From NCBI GenBank assembly GCA_947085185.1, contig CAMTVK010000003.1:96001-160000 (forward strand): a DNA stretch of 64,000 nucleotides, given 5' to 3'. This stretch comes from Candidatus Fraserbacteria bacterium. GTDB taxonomy: Bacteria; Bipolaricaulota; Bipolaricaulia; RBG-16-55-9; DRXL01. The position numbers and the translations under genes are program-made. Below the pieces are notes generated by a model, which did no database searches, was not told the origin of the DNA, and worked only from the letters and a program-made list of their open reading frames with translations. Shown one piece after another: positions 9,189 through 17,611 of this stretch (within the stretch, counting starts at the first letter, position 1; every line of letters begins with the position of its first letter).

Positions 9189-9697
9189 AAGCTTTTGAGG
9201 GCACTCTGGGGCACAAGATAGAGGCCAAGCTTAGGATCAAAATATTTGGGGTCTTTGGCGTCGCTGCCCCAGATCCATCCAATGACTTTATATCTCGTCC
9301 AGCTCTCGCGAATAACGAGAGCGTATCTTTTTGCGCTGGACTCGTCTTTGCGCACGATCAGACGGCCATCGGGGCGGCTTGTTGTGCGGACCTCAAAGTT
9401 GGGGAAATCTGGGAGAAAATTTGGCATCATAAAGCTCGTGTTCATAAATTTCGCGAATGCCATCTCCCCACATGCGCCTTCGACTTCTGCGTCGCAGCTT
9501 CTATCAAAATTCGGCACAAGCCCGCGGGCGACCCCATTTGTAAACCGAAAGACCCCGATGATAGCCGCAATCCTGAGATCGTCTATGGAGAGAGTGACGG
9601 TGACGGGGGTACTAGCCCCGCCACCGTCGTCCCTCTCCCCACCCCTGTGCTGGTGCTGAAGGAGAGCACTCGGAGGAGGATTATTGGGTGGAGCCAT
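9185..9697 (-). CDS. Phage-like hypothetical protein, possible PD-(D/E)xK nuclease fold
   Basis: GACGEMAFAKF...PDF..FEVRT...LIVR...YALV...VIGWIWG pattern resembling phage hypothetical proteins; start uncertain (ATG 9697 overlaps upstream ORF). Confidence 0.5.
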   Translation of the reverse strand: MAPPNNPPPSALLQHQHRGGERDDGGGASTPVTVTLSIDDLRIAAIIGVFRFTNGVARGLVPNFDRSCDAEVEGACGEMAFAKFMNTSFMMPNFLPDFPNFEVRTTSRPDGRLIVRKDESSAKRYALVIRESWTRYKVIGWIWGSDAKDPKYFDPKLGLYLVPQSALKSF

Positions 9698-9854
9698 ACT
9701 TCGTGCGCAGCTGCTGCTCAATCTGATCGAGCGTTGAGAGAGCTGCGTCTGGATCCTCGTCTGTGACTTCGATTGACCACCGATAGCCCTTCGCACTTCT
9801 AATGATTACGACCTTGACCTTTGGCGTTGTGAGAAACGTTGAGATTTCCGCCAT
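9681..9854 (-). CDS. Small phage-like protein (57 aa), not in ORF track
   Basis: MAEISTFLTTPKVKVVIIRSAKGYRWSIEVTDEDPDAALSTLDQIEQQLRTKYGSTQ; ATG 1 nt after the HU stop. Confidence 0.6.
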   Translation of the reverse strand: MAEISTFLTTPKVKVVIIRSAKGYRWSIEVTDEDPDAALSTLDQIEQQLRTKYGSTQ

Positions 9855-9855
9855 G

Positions 9856-10170
9856 TCACACCGCCTTCACGAGCGAAAGCTCCCCACCCGACTCAACGAC
9901 CTTGAGCTTCTTGCGTATCGTTTCTTTGAGCTCTTTACCAGCTGTGAATTTGGGCATGGCGCGGGGGCCGATCCTCCCCCCTGTCGCGGGGTTACGGCGA
10001 CTGGCCCGCGGGACCGGCCTGAATGTGCCAAACCTCGTGATCCGTACCGGCTCGCCATCGCACATCGTCTTGCTAATCGTCTCAAACATCGCGTCCACGG
10101 CCTCTTTGGCCGCCGTCTTGCTCAGTCCAACTTGAGCTGCTAGAGCTTCGGCCAGCTCTGTCTTGTTCAT
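9856..10170 (-). CDS. hup: HU/IHF family histone-like DNA-binding protein
   Basis: MNKTELAEALA...FGTF...RRNPATG...PKFTAGKELKE. Confidence 0.9.
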   Translation of the reverse strand: MNKTELAEALAAQVGLSKTAAKEAVDAMFETISKTMCDGEPVRITRFGTFRPVPRASRRNPATGGRIGPRAMPKFTAGKELKETIRKKLKVVESGGELSLVKAV

Positions 10171-10176
10171 GAGCTT

Positions 10177-10566
10177 TCACCCCCCCTTTGGAGACCAGAG
10201 CGCTGCGGCTCCTTGACTAATAGTCTGGAAGACGTCCTTAAGATTCTGCAGACGCTGATTCTCTGTCAGCACCTGACTCTTTGGATCAAGATTAATGTCA
10301 TAGCGCTGTTTGATCTCGTTGAACTCGTCTTCGATCTTCTTTTCGACTTCTGATCTGACATGGCTCGTCCTCGCGTAGACGACGACCGCGAGGATACCGA
10401 TGACGACCAGCCCCACGAGCATGACCATTCGCTCTGTGCTCTCCTTGAGCAAGAGCAGGTCAAAGTAGTCGTTGGGGCGTGTGCCTGTGTAGAGCGTCTC
10501 TTGCCCCGCAAGTGCACTCAGTGCACTCACTGAGCTTGCCAAAAGCACAGCTAGAAAGATCTTCAC
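10177..10566 (-). CDS. Hypothetical membrane protein (signal peptide plus one TM helix)
   Basis: GGAGGTG SD before GTG; hydrophobic N-terminus and VMLVGLVVIGILAVVVY segment. Confidence 0.6.
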   Translation of the reverse strand: MKIFLAVLLASSVSALSALAGQETLYTGTRPNDYFDLLLLKESTERMVMLVGLVVIGILAVVVYARTSHVRSEVEKKIEDEFNEIKQRYDINLDPKSQVLTENQRLQNLKDVFQTISQGAAALWSPKGG

Positions 10567-10570
10567 GATC

Positions 10571-10969
10571 TCACCTCCCGAAGATGCGCGCGGCTACCCA
10601 GCCGCACAGCTGTCTCTTGGTCATCGTGCCCGCGATCTGCTCGACCGCAGATTGCAGATAGACCAGATTGCGCAGGATCTTCCGACTCTGCTCGCTGTCT
10701 TTGTCTTTTAAGTGCAGAGCGAGCATCCCCAACAGGGCCTTCCGGTGCTCGTCTGGGATGACCCATGACGAGCAGATCTGCCGTCCTCTACAGATAAAGA
10801 ATCTAAACCGTCTCTCGGTCTTTAGCTTACTTTTGTCTTTAGCTACTGTCGTCTTTAGCTGTACTCTGTCTTTAGCTACTACTTCGTCTTTAGCTGGGTA
10901 AGGATAGGGGGTGTGGGGGAAAGGGGAGGGGTTCTTGACATGGACTTCGACTTGTCGTACAATGTTCAT
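10571..10969 (-). CDS. Hypothetical protein resembling a phage replication-initiator fragment, with internal repeats
   Basis: Pro-rich PSPFPHTPYPYP linker followed by five 10-bp DNA direct repeats; SD GGTAGGAG. Confidence 0.5.
   Translation of the reverse strand: MNIVRQVEVHVKNPSPFPHTPYPYPAKDEVVAKDRVQLKTTVAKDKSKLKTERRFRFFICRGRQICSSWVIPDEHRKALLGMLALHLKDKDSEQSRKILRNLVYLQSAVEQIAGTMTKRQLCGWVAARIFGR
10818..10895. repeat. Five exact GTCTTTAGCT direct repeats (iteron-like)
   Basis: Copies at 10818, 10835, 10851, 10868, 10886 (spacing 17, 16, 17, 18). Confidence 0.9.
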
Positions 10970-11018
10970 GCTACCACTCCTACCAATGGTAGTGGGGGTT
11001 CTGGAGATAGCTCTATCT

Positions 11019-11189
11019 TCAGAGCCCCTTATTGTTCCAGCGCTTCACGAGCCACTCCAAGACTCGCACTCCCAGTGACGATCCGATGATCGCCAGCACC
11101 AGCCAGAATATCAGCTGGCGCTGCTCTTCGACGGTAAGCATGAGAATCGTCTTGATCTCGCGCAACTCTGCTAAGATCTGCTGGTCTAT
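11019..11189 (-). CDS. Small single-TM protein (56 aa; holin/XhlA-like architecture), probable ATA start
   Basis: (M)DQQILAELREIKTILMLTVEEQRQLIFWLVLAIIGSSLGVRVLEWLVKRWNNKGL; ATA overlaps the upstream TAG (ATAG). Confidence 0.5.
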   Translation of the reverse strand: MDQQILAELREIKTILMLTVEEQRQLIFWLVLAIIGSSLGVRVLEWLVKRWNNKGL

Positions 11190-11362
11190 TCACTCTCACC
11201 CCCTTTGTCGCGCTGATTCGGGGGCCCGCTCTCTCGAAGCCTGTCTAAAAAAAGAACCCCAACGATCTCTTTGCTGAGAAGTCGTTGGGATACCGTGTGG
11301 ATCTCGTCCAGAGAAACCTGATGGACCCCGTCCGCGTGTATGAAGAGTACTGTCTCTCTCAT
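11186..11362 (-). CDS. Small hypothetical protein (58 aa), first gene of island
   Basis: ATG at 11362 preceded by GGTAGGAGTGGT, the same 12-mer that precedes the ATG at 10969. Confidence 0.5.
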   Translation of the reverse strand: MRETVLFIHADGVHQVSLDEIHTVSQRLLSKEIVGVLFLDRLRESGPPNQRDKGGESE

Positions 11363-11384
11363 GGCCACCACTCCTACCGGATGA

Positions 11385-11413
11385 ATTGTAGCAGAAGTGG
11401 AGGAGTTTGTCAA
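11385..11413 (-). promoter_or_regulatory. Near-consensus sigma70 promoter driving the island
   Basis: TTGACA-17 nt-TACAAT on minus strand. Confidence 0.75.
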
Positions 11414-11415
11414 GC

Positions 11416-11634
11416 CCACCTGCTGAGCCGGCGACTTCAATCGCCGGTTGGGGTATTTCAATTTTGCCGATCTCAAAGCTCCAAATGAATGGAAAGGCGG
11501 TGAAAAATCCGTGAAAAACTTTCTTGAGCCGGGTGCTGAAGCATCCGGCTCAGCAAGTGAAAGCCCACTCAAGAGGGCTGGCGAGCGTGCTTCAGCACGC
11601 TTCCACCTGCTGAGCCGGCGACTTCAGTCGCCGG
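11416..11634. repeat. REP/BIME-like palindromic repeat cluster
   Basis: CCACCTGCTGAGCCGGCGACTTCA[A/G]TCGCCGG at 11416-11447 and 11603-11634 (31/32 identical), an inverted diverged copy at 11529-11560 and short hairpins between. Confidence 0.85.
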
Positions 11635-11662
11635 CCCAATTAAGATTTGGTACAATGAAACT

Positions 11663-12571
11663 ATGAAGATCTTGATCAGCGATCCGTTGCACCCCGATGC
11701 GATCACGTGGCTCCAGCAGCAGCCCGGCGCACACGTCGTCGTCCAACCCCAGATATCTTATGAAGAATTGCTCAAGATCATTTCAGAATACGACGCGCTC
11801 ATCGTGCGCAGCCGCACCAAAGTCACCAAAGACCTGATCGCCGCGGGCAAAAAACTCAAAGTGATCGGGCGCGCAGGAACGGGCTTAGATAATATAGACG
11901 TCGAAGCTGCCCACCACGCCCATATTAGAGTTCTGAATGCTCCAGGGGCTAACGCCACCGCCGTCGCTGAACTCACCCTTGGGCTGATGCTCGCACTCGC
12001 ACGCGACTTGCCTGCTGCCATGAGCGCGGCTGCATCGGGCAAGCACATCACATCGTATGGGACGGAGCTGGCCCACAAGACCCTGGGGCTCATCGGCTAC
12101 GGGCGCATCGGGCGCGTAGTAGCCCATGTGGCGCTCGCGTTCGACATGAACGTCCTCGCCTATGATATTGCCGTGCCGGAGCGCGTCGAGCCGGGGGTGC
12201 GCTTGGTCTCTCTGGAGGCGCTCGTGCGCGCCTCAGATTTTGTGAGCATCCACGTGCCCTTGACCGCGCAGACGCGCGGCTTCGTCAGCGCGGAGCTGCT
12301 TGGGCACTTCAAAGCTGGGAGCTTTCTCATCAATACGGCGCGGGCCGAGCTTGTGGACGAGCTCGCCGTCTTGAACGCCCTGCAATCGGGCAAGCTCAAG
12401 GGCTATGCCGCCGATCTCTATGGGGAAGACTCCGTCCTGAGAGGCCATCCCAAAGTGCTCTTGACCCCGCATATTGGGGCTGCAACCGCAGAAGCCCAAC
12501 GCCGCGCGGGCTTAGAGATCGCTGAGAAGGTGTGGTCAGCGCTCATTGAATATTCCCGTCCAAGGTGCTAG
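11663..12571 (+). CDS. D-isomer-specific 2-hydroxyacid dehydrogenase (short SerA-like)
   Basis: RAGTGLDNID, GYGRIG, INTARAELVD, TPHIGAAT; no ACT domain. Confidence 0.88.
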   Translation: MKILISDPLHPDAITWLQQQPGAHVVVQPQISYEELLKIISEYDALIVRSRTKVTKDLIAAGKKLKVIGRAGTGLDNIDVEAAHHAHIRVLNAPGANATAVAELTLGLMLALARDLPAAMSAAASGKHITSYGTELAHKTLGLIGYGRIGRVVAHVALAFDMNVLAYDIAVPERVEPGVRLVSLEALVRASDFVSIHVPLTAQTRGFVSAELLGHFKAGSFLINTARAELVDELAVLNALQSGKLKGYAADLYGEDSVLRGHPKVLLTPHIGAATAEAQRRAGLEIAEKVWSALIEYSRPRC

Positions 12572-12597
12572 AATAACACGGTGAAGGAGGACGGACG

Positions 12598-14730
12598 GTG
12601 AATTTTCCAAATGACGAGGAACAGAACAGGAGGATTCGGAACTTTCGCAATATCGCATTGGTGATCGTGGTGCTGATCTTTTCCGTCATTGTGCTGCAAG
12701 CGTTTTTGGGCAGCTCCGATTCTGCGGAGAAGCAGATTCGGTACTCGGAATTTCTTGCGCTCCTTCAAGCGGGCCAGGTCACGACAGTCACGATCAAAGG
12801 CGCGTCTTTGGCGACCGTCCTTGGGCGGGTACGCCCGCTGCGGGATAACCCCAAATTGGTCGAGCTGGATAGGCGCATATCCCAGACGCAGCAGCGCTTG
12901 GCGGAAGTTCAGGAAGCCCTCGTGCGCAAAGCGCGCGCAGCCGCCTGGCTGCACGCGCACCAAAACGACGCGACACGGCAAAAGCAGCAGATGAAGGGCT
13001 TGACCATACGAGCAAAAGCGCTAGAAAGCTCCCTGAGCGCCTTGCAGCAAGAGCGCAAAAGGACCGCCGACGAGATCAGCGCCCTGACACAACAGATCCT
13101 AGGAGCAGCAGAGCGTTTCCGCACCGAAGCGATCATCAGTGACGTGCTCCTCGAAGAGTTAGCCAAGAACAGAGTTCTGGTGAGCTTCGAGGGGGCAAGC
13201 GATCCTTCATGGATCTTTACCGCGATGCTCTCGCTGCTCCCGTTCTTTATTATCTTGTTGCTCTGGTATGGCATGATGCGGCGGATGCAAGGGGAGGGCT
13301 CAAGCGCCCTGAACTTTGGGCGCAGCCAAGCGAAATTAGTCACAAAAGAGTACTCGCGCGTCACATTTGACGACGTCGCAGGCATTGACGAGGTCAAAGA
13401 AGAAGTCCAAGAGATCGTGGACTATCTGAGGGACCCTCAGAAATTTACGCGCATCGGGGCCCAGATTCCCAAAGGGGTGCTCTTAGTCGGCCCGCCTGGG
13501 ACGGGCAAGACTCTTCTGGCGCGCGCGATCGCCGGAGAGGCCGACGTGCCGTTCTTCTCGATCTCAGGGTCGGACTTCGTCGAGATGTTTGTCGGGGTGG
13601 GGGCGGCGCGCGTGCGCGATCTGTTCCGCAGAGCCAAAGAAGAGGGCAAGGGCAAGCGCGGGGTGATTATCTTCATTGACGAGATCGACGCGGTCGGGCG
13701 CAAGCGCGGCGCAGGGATCGGCGGCGGCCACGACGAGCGCGAGCAGACTTTAAATCAACTGCTCTCGGAGATGGACGGCTTCGATAAGAACGAGCACGTC
13801 ATCATCTTAGCGGCCACCAACCGTCCGGATATTTTAGACCCGGCGCTGTTGCGTCCCGGGCGGTTTGACCGAAAGATCACGGTTCCGCCGCCGGACTCCA
13901 AGGGCCGCGAAGCGATCTTAAGAGTCCATGTCCGCAACAAGAAACTCGCTCCCGATGTCGATCTCAAGGTGTTAGCGCGGCGCACCCCGGGGTTCGTCGG
14001 AGCGGATTTGGAGAATCTCTGCAACGAAGCGGCGCTCTTGGCCGCGCGGCGCAACAAAGAATCTATCGATATGAAGGACTTCGAAGACGCTATTGACCGA
14101 GTGATCGCGGGGATCGAGCGCAAGGGGAGACTCTTGAGCGAAGAAGAGAAAGTGAAGATTGCCTATCACGAAGCGGGGCACGCCCTGTTGGGGAAGCTCC
14201 TGCCCAAAGCCGATCCCGTCCATAGAATCTCGATCGTCCCCCGCGGCGAAGCGTTGGGGTACACCTTGCAGCTCCCCCTCAACGATAAGTATCTCTTCAC
14301 CAAAGAAGAGCTGTTGGATCGCATGACCGGGATCTTAGGGGGACGCGCCGCGGAAGAGCTCGTCTTTGATGAGATCTCTACTGGGGCGTACGACGACCTC
14401 AAGAAAGCGACCGAGATCGCCAAGCGCATGGTGGTCAGCTACGGCATGAGCGAGCGCGTGGGGCCCATCAATCTCGGCCAAGAGAACGGCAACGTCTTCT
14501 TAGGGGTTGATCTGGTGCTCAACCGTGAGCACAGCGAGAAGATGTCGGCGCTCGTGGACGAGGAGATCAAGAATATCATAGAGTCGTGCTATCGGCGGGC
14601 CAAGGAGCTGCTCCAGCGCAATCTTGTGGCGCTGCATAAGCTCGCCAAGAGATTGCTCGAGGTCGAGGTCTTAGAGGGGGAGCAGCTCGACGCCCTGTTG
14701 AAGGACTCCCTGGTGCTGCAACCCGTATAG
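12598..14730 (+). CDS. ftsH: ATP-dependent zinc metalloprotease FtsH
   Basis: Two TM helices, [29 protein letters not shown]. Confidence 0.97.
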   Translation: MNFPNDEEQNRRIRNFRNIALVIVVLIFSVIVLQAFLGSSDSAEKQIRYSEFLALLQAGQVTTVTIKGASLATVLGRVRPLRDNPKLVELDRRISQTQQRLAEVQEALVRKARAAAWLHAHQNDATRQKQQMKGLTIRAKALESSLSALQQERKRTADEISALTQQILGAAERFRTEAIISDVLLEELAKNRVLVSFEGASDPSWIFTAMLSLLPFFIILLLWYGMMRRMQGEGSSALNFGRSQAKLVTKEYSRVTFDDVAGIDEVKEEVQEIVDYLRDPQKFTRIGAQIPKGVLLVGPPGTGKTLLARAIAGEADVPFFSISGSDFVEMFVGVGAARVRDLFRRAKEEGKGKRGVIIFIDEIDAVGRKRGAGIGGGHDEREQTLNQLLSEMDGFDKNEHVIILAATNRPDILDPALLRPGRFDRKITVPPPDSKGREAILRVHVRNKKLAPDVDLKVLARRTPGFVGADLENLCNEAALLAARRNKESIDMKDFEDAIDRVIAGIERKGRLLSEEEKVKIAYHEAGHALLGKLLPKADPVHRISIVPRGEALGYTLQLPLNDKYLFTKEELLDRMTGILGGRAAEELVFDEISTGAYDDLKKATEIAKRMVVSYGMSERVGPINLGQENGNVFLGVDLVLNREHSEKMSALVDEEIKNIIESCYRRAKELLQRNLVALHKLAKRLLEVEVLEGEQLDALLKDSLVLQPV

Positions 14731-14732
14731 AT

Positions 14733-15905
14733 GTGATCGCGCGGTCTATTGCGCTGCTTGGGTCGACGGGCTCGATTGGGACGCAGACGCTCTCCGTCAT
14801 TGAAGCCCTCAATCACGCGGGACATCATCTCTCTGTGGTCGCTCTGGCTGCAGGGGAGAACTTAGAGCTCTTAGCGGCGCAAGCGCACCGCTTCCACCCG
14901 GAGCTTCTTGCCATTGCGCGTGCGAAAGATCTCAGGCGGCTCAGACAGCTTCTGAAGCTCTGGAGCGGCGAGATCGCTGTCGGTGGAGAGGGGATGCAAG
15001 CGGTGGCCACTCATCCCCGCGCTGATCTTGTCGTCAACGCTCTGGTGGGTGCAGCGGGATTGCTTCCGACTCTCGAAGCTCTGAGGGCCCATAAGCCCGT
15101 GGCCCTCGCAAATAAAGAGTCGTTGGTCATCGGGGGACATCTCGTCCGAGGGCTCACCCAGGGCGAGTCGGGACGTATCCTGCCTCTGGACAGTGAGCAC
15201 AGCGCGCTCTTTCAGATTATGAGAGATCTTCGCGACTCAAGTGAGCTTGAGAGAGTTATCTTAACCGCGTCGGGCGGGCCGTTCCGCACACGACCGTTAG
15301 AATCGTTTGAGGCGATTACGGTCGCAGAAGCCCTGCAGCACCCGACATGGCAGATGGGCAAGCGCATCACGATAGACTCGGCCACGCTCGTCAACAAGGC
15401 GTTTGAAGTGATCGAAGCCCATTGGCTCTTCGATCTGCCCTATGAGAAGATCGCGGTGCTCATTCACCCTCAGAGCATCGTCCACGGCTTGGTCGAGTTG
15501 GTCGATGGGACTCTCTTCGCCCATCTGAGCACGACGGATATGAAGCTGCCCATTCAGTATGCCCTCACCTATCCGGAGCGCTGGAGATCTTCTGGGGAGC
15601 GACTCGACTTAGTGAAGCAGAAGCTCGAGTTTGGGCCGGTGGGGCGGGAGCGCTATCCGGCGTTCTGGCTGGTTTGTGAGGCGGGGCGTCGCGGCGGGAC
15701 TTTTCCCGTAGTAGCCAACGCTGCTGACGAAGTCCTCGTGCAGAAATTCTTAAACAGAGAGATCTCGTTCTTGGGGATCGCGCGGGCATTAGAGCGAGTG
15801 CTCGCGGAGCACCAAGGCATTGCTGATCCGAGCCTTGACGAGATTCTCGAGGCCGACCGCTGGGCCCGTCAGCGCGCTCGCGAGATCGTCCAAGATTTTA
15901 TATAA
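14733..15905 (+). CDS. dxr: 1-deoxy-D-xylulose-5-phosphate reductoisomerase
   Basis: LGSTGSIG, LANKESLV, PLDSEHSA, LTASGGPF, HPTWQMG. Confidence 0.96.
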   Translation: MIARSIALLGSTGSIGTQTLSVIEALNHAGHHLSVVALAAGENLELLAAQAHRFHPELLAIARAKDLRRLRQLLKLWSGEIAVGGEGMQAVATHPRADLVVNALVGAAGLLPTLEALRAHKPVALANKESLVIGGHLVRGLTQGESGRILPLDSEHSALFQIMRDLRDSSELERVILTASGGPFRTRPLESFEAITVAEALQHPTWQMGKRITIDSATLVNKAFEVIEAHWLFDLPYEKIAVLIHPQSIVHGLVELVDGTLFAHLSTTDMKLPIQYALTYPERWRSSGERLDLVKQKLEFGPVGRERYPAFWLVCEAGRRGGTFPVVANAADEVLVQKFLNREISFLGIARALERVLAEHQGIADPSLDEILEADRWARQRAREIVQDFI

Positions 15906-15931
15906 TAAACACGAGAAGGAGAAAATCGCAT

Positions 15932-17119
15932 ATGGAGAAGGTGCGCAAGTGGTTCACTGTTTCGGCCGTCTTGATGTTGATCTTGGTCTTTATCGTGGCT
16001 TTGGATAACTACAATCAAGAGTGGAAGCGCTATCAGCGGGCCTATCTCACGAAGGTCCTTACAGATAAAACTTTGGCCGAGAAGGGCTCGCTCTCGCTGC
16101 TCGATCGGCTCGTGATAGCGGTCAACGCTGAGATGAATCTTCAGATCAGAAAAGTCGTCACCGAGGTGGGGCGCAGCGCCGATCTGTGTATGACGTGTCA
16201 TGCCAACGTCGGCGTACCGGGGTTTACAGCCGAGCCCCTCAAAGATCTTTTGGAGACCCATAAAGCTATAAAAGTCATAGAGCAGATGCCGTTCGATCAA
16301 GTAGGGTGTACGGCGTGTCATGGGGGGAATGCTCTGGCGCTGCGTGCCGAGCCGGCGCATCACGAGATGCGGTCTCGCTTTGCCCAGATCTTTGAAGAGA
16401 GCGTGGAGCGATTGCGCTCAGAACGGTGGGCAGAGCGCCAGCGAGGGATCGAGCTCATTCGTTGGATGACTGCGAACGACTTTGGCTTTGTCTTCAACGC
16501 TCCCAAGGAGCAGCGCGAGCAAGCTCTCGCGCGCATTCTGGCGTGGTGGCAGCTCCACAAAGACACGTTCTTAGTCGAGGGCTTTGGGGAGCGCAGCTCG
16601 CCGTTCCGCACCGAAAACCCTCAAGCGAAGATAATCGAGCAGCGCACTGACGTCTCTCTCGCGGGCGAGCCGTTGCAGTTTGTCGGCTCGGCCACGTGCG
16701 TTGCGTGCCATGGACGCCCCGAAATCAGCGACGTCTACATCCCCGAATCGAGCAAGCGCCACGTCGAGATCTGGTTCAGGCCGGAGTTCATGACGAGCAA
16801 AAATATCGAAGAATTTAAAGATCATCCGTTTATAGACCAAGAGACGCTGAAGACCATGGACGTGACCTGCGAGGCGTGTCACGGTCCAGGGAGCGAATAC
16901 ACGAAGCTCATGCAGAAGGGGATGGCCCTCGAAGCCGCGGGCCAGAGCGTCGAAGCTGCTGCCCTTATCGGGAAGGCCAAAGAGCTTGCGCGGGCCAACG
17001 CCCGACAGAACATGAGCGAACATGACCCAGCCACCGGATACTCGCGCATTTGGGCGATCTTTGAAAGGCTGATCGAGAAGGCCCTCGCGGCCAAGGGACA
17101 GAACCGCCCCACCGAATAG
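15932..17119 (+). CDS. Membrane-anchored tetraheme c-type cytochrome
   Basis: N-terminal TM helix; four CxxCH motifs (CMTCH, CTACH, CVACH, CEACH); C-terminal pair resembles a c554-like domain. Confidence 0.88.
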   Translation: MEKVRKWFTVSAVLMLILVFIVALDNYNQEWKRYQRAYLTKVLTDKTLAEKGSLSLLDRLVIAVNAEMNLQIRKVVTEVGRSADLCMTCHANVGVPGFTAEPLKDLLETHKAIKVIEQMPFDQVGCTACHGGNALALRAEPAHHEMRSRFAQIFEESVERLRSERWAERQRGIELIRWMTANDFGFVFNAPKEQREQALARILAWWQLHKDTFLVEGFGERSSPFRTENPQAKIIEQRTDVSLAGEPLQFVGSATCVACHGRPEISDVYIPESSKRHVEIWFRPEFMTSKNIEEFKDHPFIDQETLKTMDVTCEACHGPGSEYTKLMQKGMALEAAGQSVEAAALIGKAKELARANARQNMSEHDPATGYSRIWAIFERLIEKALAAKGQNRPTE

Positions 17120-17124
17120 CTGTA

Positions 17125-17178
17125 TTGACAGGCGCCCCTGGATCTTTTAGAATAAGTCGGAGTCTTTTACTCGGAGTT
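17125..17178 (+). promoter_or_regulatory. sigma70 promoter plus probable IscR/Rrf2 operator
   Basis: TTGACA(17125)-17-TAGAAT(17148), followed by the imperfect palindrome AAGTCGGAGTCTTTTACTCGGAGTT resembling IscR type-1 sites. Confidence 0.6.
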
Positions 17179-17182
17179 GGAA

Positions 17183-17611
17183 ATGAGAGTGACACGCAAG
17201 AGCGATTATGGGCTACGGGCGTTGTGCACCCTTGCGCGCCACTATAACGGGGAGCCTGTCTCTATTGGGCAGCTTTCCGCAGAGCACAAGATTCCTGAAC
17301 CGTTCTTGGAGAAGATCATGCAAGAGCTGCGCGAGCACGGCTTGGTCGAAGCGACGCATGGGCGCGGCGGCGGATATCTGCTCAAGAGGAGCCCTTCGCG
17401 CATCTCGCTGCGCGAGATCGTGAAAGCTCTCGACGGCCCGATCGCGCTCGTGACGTGTTTGGACCCAGCCTTAAAGTGCTCCATCAAAGCGGGCTGCCCC
17501 ACAAGTTCTATCTGGGAGATTATTAACCAAAAGCTCGAGGAACATCTGGCTTCGCTGACGTTGGGCGATGTCGTCAATATGCACCACCCTGAACGGGTGA
17601 CCTCATCATGA
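17183..17611 (+). CDS. Rrf2-family (IscR-like) Fe-S transcriptional regulator
   Basis: MRVTRKSDYGLRAL, GRGGGY; three C-terminal Cys (CLDPALKCSIKAGCP). Confidence 0.88.
   Translation: MRVTRKSDYGLRALCTLARHYNGEPVSIGQLSAEHKIPEPFLEKIMQELREHGLVEATHGRGGGYLLKRSPSRISLREIVKALDGPIALVTCLDPALKCSIKAGCPTSSIWEIINQKLEEHLASLTLGDVVNMHHPERVTSS

Larger units (their letters stand above)
9185..11634 (-). mobile_element. Phage/plasmid-like mini-island (probable prophage remnant) without integrase
   Basis: Seven tightly packed small co-oriented ORFs including HU, iteron-like repeats, own consensus promoter and REP-like palindromes at the right edge, between housekeeping genes. Confidence 0.5.

Noticed and set aside
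10818..11634. CRISPR array
   Set aside because: Repeats are 10 bp with 6-8 nt gaps, or only 2-3 palindromes with irregular spacing; no cas genes.
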